This document shows, piece by piece, positions 40,901 to 48,145 of a stretch of DNA of 64,000 bases; positions within the stretch are counted from its first letter, which is position 1, and every line of letters begins with the position of its first letter. The position numbers were made by a program, and so were the translations under genes. The notes beneath the pieces are model-generated. The model had not been told where the DNA came from and ran no database searches. It was given only the letters and a program-made list of their open reading frames with translations. This DNA is from an uncultured Micrococcales bacterium (GTDB lineage Bacteria > Actinomycetota > Actinomycetes > Actinomycetales > Microbacteriaceae), in contig CAIZQQ010000167.1 in NCBI GenBank assembly GCA_903935175.1, positions 2,811 through 66,810 on the forward strand. The letters are read 5' to 3'.

Positions 40901-41716
40901 ATGAAAGGTATCAAAATGAACCTAGCTTTAGACTACGGAACACATTCCGCTATTTATAACGTGCTCTCTTTGGGCATTGCCAGCATGACCTTCACCGCAT
41001 TCTTCCTTTGGATTGCTCGTGACCGCGTGCTACCTCGCTACAGAACCGCAATCATGGTTTCGGCATCGGTTGTTTCGATTGCTGCTTACCACTACTTCAG
41101 AATGTACGACTCATTCAACAAAGCAGCAGGTGAGATGACTGCCACCGGTGGTTACGACCTGAACCTCGCCGAATACAACGTCGGCTACCGCTACGTTGAC
41201 TGGTTCCTAACCGTTCCACTACTTCTAGTTGAAGTTGTTGCAGTACTTGCTCTGGCTCGTGCAGTTCAGTCTTCGTTGCTAATGCGCCTTGTGCCAGCAG
41301 CTGCGCTGATGATCGCACTTGGCTACCCAGGTGACGCTCGACTAGACAACGTGTTTGGCCTAACCCTAAACCCATCAGTATGGGGTCTACTTTCGACCAT
41401 TCCGTTCCTATACATCTTGTACGTGCTCTTCATCGAGCTTGGCAAGAGCCTAGAGCGTCAGTCAGACGCCGTGAAGAAGAAGGTAACCGCACTTCGCATC
41501 CTTCTAATCGCTTCATGGGGCGTCTACCCGCTTTCATTCATCGCAAACATGCAAGCAACTGCGCCAACCGCAGATGGCTTCATGCTCCGCGAGGTCGGTT
41601 ACAGCATCGCTGACATCACTGCAAAGTGTGTCTTCGGTCTGATCATTTACTCGATCGCCCGCATCAAGTCGGCTGAAGACAGCAAAGAATTCGCTGCAAG
41701 CGAGTTCAAGGACTAA
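40901..41716 (+). CDS. actR: Actinorhodopsin (xanthorhodopsin-clade, DTE proton pump)
   Basis: YRYVDWFLTVPLLLVE (D-T-E, Leu105 equivalent), AAYHY, ADITAK retinal lysine; start may be 40916. Confidence 0.95.
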   Translation: MKGIKMNLALDYGTHSAIYNVLSLGIASMTFTAFFLWIARDRVLPRYRTAIMVSASVVSIAAYHYFRMYDSFNKAAGEMTATGGYDLNLAEYNVGYRYVDWFLTVPLLLVEVVAVLALARAVQSSLLMRLVPAAALMIALGYPGDARLDNVFGLTLNPSVWGLLSTIPFLYILYVLFIELGKSLERQSDAVKKKVTALRILLIASWGVYPLSFIANMQATAPTADGFMLREVGYSIADITAKCVFGLIIYSIARIKSAEDSKEFAASEFKD

Positions 41717-41736
41717 TCAACGACTAGTCGAAAAGG

Positions 41737-41769
41737 TGGGAGGGCGCGAAAGTGCCCTCCCATTTTTTT
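41737..41769 (+). terminator. Intrinsic terminator of the rhodopsin gene
   Basis: TGGGAGGGCGC-GAAA-GTGCCCTCCCA followed by T7. Confidence 0.9.
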
Positions 41770-41784
41770 GGCAGAAAGGCAACC

Positions 41785-42174
41785 ATGTCAAACGCAGTGA
41801 ACCGTGCCCGCCTGGTTCTCAAAACCGGGTCGCTAGTCTTCGGCCTCAGCGCCGTGTTACTGATCGCGGCTCCAGCTCTGTTCAACGAACTTCTCGGCCT
41901 GGCCACCAGCCCCGCACTCGAATGGTCGATGCGCATGATCGGCATCACGCTCGTGGCGTTGGCGGGCAATATGTTTTCGGTGGCCAGTCGTGGCAGCGAA
42001 GCATCCGTGCGCTTCTCGGCCAGAGTCATGCAGGCTAGCGCCTTCGCGCTCGGCGTGCTGACCCTACTGATTCCGACGGCGCAAACCTGGTTCACCATCG
42101 GCTACGCGGCGATCGGTTTTGCATTTTCACTCGCCTACACAATCACCCTCAGCTTCGGCACAAAAGCCGAATAG
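41785..42174 (+). CDS. Small 4-TM membrane protein, unknown function
   Basis: GAAAGG RBS before MSNAVNR; four hydrophobic segments. Confidence 0.75.
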   Translation: MSNAVNRARLVLKTGSLVFGLSAVLLIAAPALFNELLGLATSPALEWSMRMIGITLVALAGNMFSVASRGSEASVRFSARVMQASAFALGVLTLLIPTAQTWFTIGYAAIGFAFSLAYTITLSFGTKAE

Positions 42175-42240
42175 CAGCAATAAACTAACCACAATCTCCT
42201 TGGATGCCCGCATTCAAGGCCCTCAAACTAAAGGTGCATC

Positions 42241-42885
42241 ATGCCAAGACAGCTTTCAGCATTCTTAAGACTTGCAACCGCGCTAGCCATCTATGGCAGC
42301 ATCTTCTGGCAGGTGTCTGACCGCCTCGCCAACGACCTGTTCAGACCACAGGAATACTTCTTCTACTTCACGATTCAAACCGCACTGATCTCGGCTACCG
42401 TTCTAGCCATCTCAGGCATCGGCGCTCTTCGTGGCAAGCCGCAGAGCCTGCGCCTGTCGCAGGTGCGCCTCTGGGTGGTTTCATACGAGGTTGTCGTGGC
42501 AATCGTCTACAACGCCCTGCTGCGCGGCACCGAGGTGCTGCCTGGCGACCCAGACTACGGCTATGACTGGCCGGTGCTGCCGAACGAGATTCTGCACGTG
42601 TGGGCACCGATCTTGATTCTCATCGACTGGGCGCTATCTAAAGACGGCGTCAAGATTGCCACCAAGAAGGTTTGGTGGGTCGTTGCCTACCCGCTCACCT
42701 GGCTGGCCGTTTCGATTCTTCGCGGCGCCTTCGCACCTGACCACTGGTGGGCCTACTGGTTCTTAGACCCAGCCGAGGGTGTTGAGCAGATGCTCACCTA
42801 CATCTTCGGAATCTCGGCGTTCATGATTGTGGCCGGGTTCGGGTTCAATGCGCTGCGCAATCTGGTTGCAAAGGTTCAGCGCTAG
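42241..42885 (+). CDS. Pr6Pr / FAR-17a-AIG1-like membrane protein
   Basis: YFTIQT, VYNALLR, NEILHVWAP..LIDW, YPLTW, YWFLDP. Confidence 0.8.
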   Translation: MPRQLSAFLRLATALAIYGSIFWQVSDRLANDLFRPQEYFFYFTIQTALISATVLAISGIGALRGKPQSLRLSQVRLWVVSYEVVVAIVYNALLRGTEVLPGDPDYGYDWPVLPNEILHVWAPILILIDWALSKDGVKIATKKVWWVVAYPLTWLAVSILRGAFAPDHWWAYWFLDPAEGVEQMLTYIFGISAFMIVAGFGFNALRNLVAKVQR

Positions 42886-42914
42886 CGCTTTTTAGCGGAT
42901 GCTCTGCGCACGCC

Positions 42915-44099
42915 CTAGCTAGCGGCTAGTTGCCCGCAGGCTCCGTCTATCTCTTTACCGCGAGTGTCTCGCAGGGTGGTCGGAATGCCGGCCTTCTCGA
43001 GTGTTGAGATGAACACGCGGGTTACCTCTGGAATCGATGCCGTCCAGATTGAACCCGGGGTTGGGTTGAGCGGAATCGGGTTTACGTGCACCCACCCCTT
43101 GCCGCGCTCATTGAGCTTCTTCGCGAGCAGCTCGGCACGCCACTCGTGGTCATTCATGTCTTTGATTAGCGCGTATTCGATTGAGACTCGGCGGCCCGTT
43201 GCATCGAAGTATGCCCTTGCGGCATCGAGAGCCTCGTCAACCTTCCACTTTGAGTTCACCGGAATCAGTTCGTCGCGCAACTTGTCGTCTGGCGCGTGAA
43301 GCGACAGCGCAAAAGTCACGGGGATTTTTTCTGCCGCGAGCTTATGAATCGCTGGCACCAGACCAACTGTCGAAACGGTAATGTTGCGGGCCGACATTCC
43401 CAAGCCATTTGGTTGCGGCTCGACCATGGTGCGCAGGGCAGACATCACGCGATTGTAGTTGGCTAACGGCTCACCCATGCCCATGAAAACGATGTTGCTA
43501 ACTCGTTCTGGCGCGTCTCCAGCTTTGGCCTTGCGGCCGCCAAGCTCGCCCCTCGCGATGGCCTGATTGGCACGTACGATCTGGTCGACGATTTCGCCAG
43601 CCGACATGTTGCGGGTGAGTCCCGCCTGGCCGGTGGCACAGAACGGGCAGTTCATGCCGCAGCCGGCTTGTGAAGAAATGCACAGCGTGATTCGGCCCGT
43701 GTAGCGCATCAGCACCGACTCAACCAGCGCACCGTCGAAGAGCCGCCACAAGAACTTGATGGTGTCGCCCTTATCGGTCTGTAGACGCTTTACCTCAGTG
43801 AGAAGCGGCGGCAGCAGAGCGCCAACCAGCTCTTCACGGCCGGCAACCGGCAGATCGGTCATGTCGGCGGCGTTGCTCGTGTAGTGGGTGAAGTAGTGGG
43901 TTGACAGCTGCTTGGCCCTAAACCCCTGAATGCCCAGCTCTTTGACGCGCTCGGCACGCTCGGCAATGCTCAGGTCGGCTAGGTGCACCGGTGGTTGGTT
44001 GCGCTTTGGCTCGGCAAACTGCAACAGCGGACGACCCTGCTCATCTTTTTGCTGGGTCCAACCCTCAGCGGCCGGCTTAACTTGCTTGCGTTCGGTCAT
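42915..44099 (-). CDS. rlmN: 23S rRNA m2A2503 methyltransferase (radical SAM)
   Basis: [36 protein letters not shown]. Confidence 0.96.
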   Translation of the reverse strand: MTERKQVKPAAEGWTQQKDEQGRPLLQFAEPKRNQPPVHLADLSIAERAERVKELGIQGFRAKQLSTHYFTHYTSNAADMTDLPVAGREELVGALLPPLLTEVKRLQTDKGDTIKFLWRLFDGALVESVLMRYTGRITLCISSQAGCGMNCPFCATGQAGLTRNMSAGEIVDQIVRANQAIARGELGGRKAKAGDAPERVSNIVFMGMGEPLANYNRVMSALRTMVEPQPNGLGMSARNITVSTVGLVPAIHKLAAEKIPVTFALSLHAPDDKLRDELIPVNSKWKVDEALDAARAYFDATGRRVSIEYALIKDMNDHEWRAELLAKKLNERGKGWVHVNPIPLNPTPGSIWTASIPEVTRVFISTLEKAGIPTTLRDTRGKEIDGACGQLAAS

Positions 44100-44187
44100 G
44101 TCTTCTCTTGCCCCTGTTTGAGGGGGCTTCTCGTCAAGTCTAGATTCCGGATGTTTGGCTCGTGCACCAATGCCGCGCTTAAAGCAA

Positions 44188-44213
44188 TGGGCGGGGTCCT
44201 AAGACCCCGCCCA
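44188..44213 (-). terminator. Hairpin terminator after the CBM-like gene
   Basis: Perfect 11-bp stem TGGGCGGGGTC/GACCCCGCCCA, 4-nt loop; TTGCTTT follows on the minus strand. Confidence 0.75.
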
Positions 44214-44232
44214 CCGATGCTTGAATCAGGAG

Positions 44233-45078
44233 TTACTTGACTACCTGAGTCTTTACAAAGGTCTGCGAACCAACGGTTACGGTTACTTTGTAGGTGCCTG
44301 ATGCAACGGTGAACTTCTTCGACCATGCAGCATCTACGGTCGCAACGTTGGTGGCGGTCCAGGTGCGGACTCCAGCAATCTTAACCTTGATACGCTGCCC
44401 TAGTGGGTTGGCAACGGTAACGTTAAGAACGCGCTTCGATGGGCCACTTACTGAGACACCGCCGTTGAAACGAACGTTGTCAATGTAGTAGCTCGAGCCG
44501 CCAGCAGCAGCAGCTGCGCCGGTGTAGGCTGTGTCGTCAGCACTGAAGTTCGGGAAGATTGCGGCAACCTTGTAGACGTGAGCCGCGTTGTAGCCAGCTC
44601 CGGTAGCCATGTTGAAGGTTAGACGGTTCCAGCCAGGAGCTGCTTCGAGCGCCTTGTGGGTCTTTCCACCCTCGTTTGGCCAGGTGCCTTCTTGAAGCTT
44701 GAGCATGACAGGCTCAGCAGTGGTTCCACCGTTGTAGTAGTCAACTGTGACCTTGTTGCCAAGTGCGACGTCAACGATCGACGGAAGCAAGATGTTTGCA
44801 CCGCTCCAGGCCTGACCAGTCTTGACGAACTTGAATGCCTGTCCGTCGCCACCGATGCCGCCAACAGCTGCAGGTGCAGCGTCGATCGAGCCGGTGCCGC
44901 CTTCGAAGGCTGCAACGTCAGCGCTGGTTCCGTAGGTGTCACCCGCACCAAAGGTAAGGGCAACTGCGGTACCGGCAGCCGATGCTGAACCAGTGAACGC
45001 CAGAGCGCCACCGAAAGCAAGTGCGAGGCTAGTTGAGACCGCGAGGGTCTTCTTAGCCAAAGTTTGTGACAACTTCAT
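44233..45078 (-). CDS. Secreted non-catalytic carbohydrate-binding-module-like protein
   Basis: GAAAGGA RBS; signal peptide; beta-sandwich pattern KFVK..AWSG...VMLKLQ...WNRLTFN...IFPNF...YYIDNV; basic C-terminal domain. Confidence 0.7.
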   Translation of the reverse strand: MKLSQTLAKKTLAVSTSLALAFGGALAFTGSASAAGTAVALTFGAGDTYGTSADVAAFEGGTGSIDAAPAAVGGIGGDGQAFKFVKTGQAWSGANILLPSIVDVALGNKVTVDYYNGGTTAEPVMLKLQEGTWPNEGGKTHKALEAAPGWNRLTFNMATGAGYNAAHVYKVAAIFPNFSADDTAYTGAAAAAGGSSYYIDNVRFNGGVSVSGPSKRVLNVTVANPLGQRIKVKIAGVRTWTATNVATVDAAWSKKFTVASGTYKVTVTVGSQTFVKTQVVK

Positions 45079-45201
45079 TGTGTTCCTTTCATAAGGGTTC
45101 TTTTGGAGTGAGCTGTTCTTAGGGCAAGGTGCGAAAACGCGAGGATGCTCAAGAATAGCCACTCGGTCGTGCGCACACACTTCCTAGATTCAAGTTACTC
45201 C

Positions 45202-45262
45202 TGAAAGCGGTTGCCTGAAAGCGGTTTCACTAACTTTTATCAAACTGTTACCAAGCGGTTAT
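45202..45262 (-). promoter_or_regulatory. Tandem LacI-type operators plus an 11-nt-phased GTTAC box
   Basis: TGAAAGCGGTTGCC (45202-15), TGAAAGCGGTTTCA (45216-29), TTTAT-N6-GTTAC-N6-GTTAT (45236-62). Confidence 0.65.
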
Positions 45263-45311
45263 AAACCGCAAAACGGGGCAGCCGGAGTGGCCAGCGGCTT
45301 CGCTGTTCAAG

Positions 45312-46949
45312 TTAGCGCTTGACTACCTCGCCGTAGCCGTCCATCTTCCAGGCTCGCACGTAGTCGATATGCATCTGAGCGGTAGTCCATCCATCCCAGG
45401 CCCCGCCAAAGTCGCCGGTGGCGTTGTTCAAAATTATGAAGAAGTAGTCGTTGAACGACCAGTTCTGCGTTCTGGCTTCAGCCTTGGTTAGTGTGAAGAA
45501 CAGGTTACCGTCGACATAAAACTCCATGCGATCTGGCTTCCAGGCGAAGCCATATAGATGAAAGTCATCGGAGTAGTTGGTTGAGCTCGCAGCCGAGCCA
45601 TAGTCGCCGTAGTCGTAGGTGTGAGCACCGACGTCCCATGGAGTGCCGTTGGTCGAGTAGTGCACCGCGGCCGAGTTGCGCCAGGGTTGGTGGCCGCCCT
45701 GTTCGGCGATGTCGATTTCACCGGATGCTGGCCAACCCACTGACGTGATGTTGTCGCCGATCATCCAGAATGCCGGCCAGTTTCGGCCGCCCTTTGGCAT
45801 CTTGATGCGAGCTTCGATGTAACCGTATTTGAACGAAACCTTGCCCTGGGTGTCAAAGCGACCCGAGGTGAACTCGCAACCAGACCAAGCCAGACAGGTA
45901 GCTCCGGCCGGTACCTGACCCGTTTTCTTCGTGGTGATCACAGCGTTACCCGAGCTTGAGCCATCGAGCTTGATAGCGCCTGGGTAGTACCACTGCGGTT
46001 CGTTGTTGTAACAGGTACCACCGCCGTTTTCACCGCCGTGGCCGCAGTAACGCGAGGTCCAGGTCTTAGAGTCGACCGACCCACCGGCCGAACCCTTGAA
46101 CTCTTCGGACCACAAAAGTTCACCCACGCGGTGACCCGAAACGACAGGCGCCACAGGACCGACCGGGGCCGAGCTCCATACTGGCCAGAGCGTTACGTCA
46201 CCCGCGGTTCTGTAACTCTGGCCAGGCTGACCGATCACGGTGCCACCCTGCGACTTTGCCCAACCCAAGAAGGTTGAACCAGAGCGTGCAAACATGTTCT
46301 GCGGCAAAATGCCGTTGGTCACATTGAACTTGAGTGTGGGCATGGTTCCGTCACCCGGCGAAGAGAAGCTCATGTTGTATTCAACTAGCGACCACTTGGC
46401 AAAAAGCATTTGGTTTTTCTTGGCAACAAACTTTGAGGCTTCGGCGAAGGCGATGTCGCCGCCGGCCGAGGTGGCCCAGCCGGCGAATGAGTAACCGACC
46501 CTGGTGAACTTATTCGTAGCAAGGGTTACGCCCGTGACATTGGCCAACTGCGACGGCATGACACCGACGCCCGAGTTTGCATAGAAGTCGATGCGGTAGT
46601 TCACCGGAATCCACTTGGCGAACAACTTGAGGTTTGCCTTCGGCTTCACCAGCGCAGCATCCGAGTATTTTGCCGTACCCGTGGTCGACGTGGCCCAACC
46701 GGCAAATGCGTAGTTGGTGCGCTTGAACGCGTTCTTTTTAAGCTTTGCGCCGCTCGAACCAACGGTTTGGGCAGACATGGTGCCGAATCCGGCGTTAGCG
46801 ACGAACGTGATCTTGTAGGTAGGTGCCGCAACTGCCTCGAGCAACTGGGGCTGGGCCAGGGTAAGCCCAAGTGCTAGGCCCAGAACGGTTAACAGCGCGA
46901 CCAAGCGACGAGTGGCTTGGTGAATGCTCGAATGTGCAAAGTTGCTCAA
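45312..46949 (-). CDS. Secreted GH16 beta-1,3-glucanase (laminarinase-type) with three InlB B-repeats
   Basis: WSEEF, YGYIEARIK, WPAFWM, WPASGEIDIAE; three Y.I.F.AN.G.G.M...F.R.GY.F.GW...L.AKW repeats. Confidence 0.9.
   Translation of the reverse strand: MSNFAHSSIHQATRRLVALLTVLGLALGLTLAQPQLLEAVAAPTYKITFVANAGFGTMSAQTVGSSGAKLKKNAFKRTNYAFAGWATSTTGTAKYSDAALVKPKANLKLFAKWIPVNYRIDFYANSGVGVMPSQLANVTGVTLATNKFTRVGYSFAGWATSAGGDIAFAEASKFVAKKNQMLFAKWSLVEYNMSFSSPGDGTMPTLKFNVTNGILPQNMFARSGSTFLGWAKSQGGTVIGQPGQSYRTAGDVTLWPVWSSAPVGPVAPVVSGHRVGELLWSEEFKGSAGGSVDSKTWTSRYCGHGGENGGGTCYNNEPQWYYPGAIKLDGSSSGNAVITTKKTGQVPAGATCLAWSGCEFTSGRFDTQGKVSFKYGYIEARIKMPKGGRNWPAFWMIGDNITSVGWPASGEIDIAEQGGHQPWRNSAAVHYSTNGTPWDVGAHTYDYGDYGSAASSTNYSDDFHLYGFAWKPDRMEFYVDGNLFFTLTKAEARTQNWSFNDYFFIILNNATGDFGGAWDGWTTAQMHIDYVRAWKMDGYGEVVKR
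46176..46817 (-). repeat. Three tandem Listeria-Bacteroides (InlB B) repeat domains
   Basis: ~70-aa repeats, each ending LFAKW, LFAKW or LWPVW. Confidence 0.8.
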
Positions 46950-47060
46950 GGCGTACCCCTAAAATTTATGGACTCGGCCATCAGAGTCTGCACAAAACTC
47001 AGTTCGGTCAATTTCGAGATTACCATTGGCCTGAACCATCGTCTAGGAGGGCCCGCCCTA

Positions 47061-47156
47061 TCGCCAAAACCTTGGGCGAAACGCGCGCTGCTCTGCCCTT
47101 GCCAGACCTTGGCGACATTCAGACTTTCGGCGAGCGCGCACGAGTCGCCCTGGCGG
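47061..47156. ncRNA. Candidate structured RNA (long interrupted hairpin)
   Basis: Five nested helices: CGCCA/TGGCG, GGGCGA/TCGCCC, GCGCGCT/AGCGCGC, TCTG/CAGA, TGCCA/TGGCG. Confidence 0.4.
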
Positions 47157-47163
47157 CAATCTA

Positions 47164-47994
47164 CTAGCCGGCGAGAATGGCATAAACCCGTTGTTTCATC
47201 TGCTCAACGGTTAGGGGTGAGTGGCCGGTTGGGTCATCTTCGGCCGGAATGACTTCTATCTTTAGGCCGGTGTCTTTTTTGATCTCGAGGTAGCCCTCGA
47301 GCTGAGGAATATGGTTTGAAAAATGGTGCGCATCTGACTCTTTTATTACAACGAGCCCGTGGGGCACGTGGCCATACTCTTCGAGAGTCTTAATGACGTT
47401 GAACCGCTTTGCATATTCATCTGCCACGGCTTCGCGGTTCGGAGCATCAAAGCCAACCTGCCCAAGTAGGTCAATGTGCGAGAAGAACTTATAGGTGAAC
47501 AGGTTGATCTGAGGGTTTTCTGCATAGACTCCGCCATTGCCCACCGATATTCCAAAGCTGTCGGCCATCGCACCAGACTGAATGGCGCAAAACCCTCCCA
47601 GAGACGAACCGCAGAAGACAACATCCTCGTACCCAAGCGACTGCTGCAACTTTGCGATGTGCTTCAAGACGTTTTCTAAGACCCAGGTTGACTTGTTGCC
47701 AACCAACCAACCACCAAGCATTTCTTGGTGCAGGTGCATAGTCGGATCAGATACGCAAAGAACATCGAAGTCGGCAAACTGCTCGGCCCACGTCCAACGG
47801 TGAAAAGCTGGCACACGGCGGCGGCCTTCGCGAAGGGCTGAGGGGTAAAAAACTAAAAGCTTTCTAGCGCCTTTTCTCGAAAAGAAGTAATCAAACGTGA
47901 AGTCGTTCTCATTGAAAGTTGCGAGCTGCTCCACCGGGCCACTTAGGAGTTCGTCAAAAGAATGAACTAACGGTGCGTGATTTGTTTCGGTCAA
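47164..47994 (-). CDS. Alpha/beta-hydrolase-fold hypothetical protein
   Basis: Nucleophile elbow GSSLGG; LLVF..P.F.RW.W...SDPT...GW pattern; C-terminal GH. Confidence 0.65.
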   Translation of the reverse strand: MTETNHAPLVHSFDELLSGPVEQLATFNENDFTFDYFFSRKGARKLLVFYPSALREGRRRVPAFHRWTWAEQFADFDVLCVSDPTMHLHQEMLGGWLVGNKSTWVLENVLKHIAKLQQSLGYEDVVFCGSSLGGFCAIQSGAMADSFGISVGNGGVYAENPQINLFTYKFFSHIDLLGQVGFDAPNREAVADEYAKRFNVIKTLEEYGHVPHGLVVIKESDAHHFSNHIPQLEGYLEIKKDTGLKIEVIPAEDDPTGHSPLTVEQMKQRVYAILAG

Positions 47995-48063
47995 CTTCGA
48001 CCACCTTTCTAAGCCCCCAAGGCAATGCTATGTCTTGTCTGCGAATCCTCACGAAATACTGGA

Positions 48064-48091
48064 TGTAAACGCTTGCAGTTTGTCGTAGATT
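48064..48091 (+). promoter_or_regulatory. LacI/cre-type operator overlapping the phosphorylase promoter
   Basis: TGTAAACGCTTGCA (48064-77) followed by a TAGATT -10-like hexamer (48086-91). Confidence 0.65.
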
Positions 48092-48145
48092 AGAGGGAAC
48101 GAAAAAGAGCCCCAGCAGCACCACTATTGAATTCATTAGGAACCC

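Noticed and set aside
45201-45262. CRISPR or minisatellite from repeated AAGCGGTT
   Set aside because: Only 2-3 short copies without spacers; better explained as operators.
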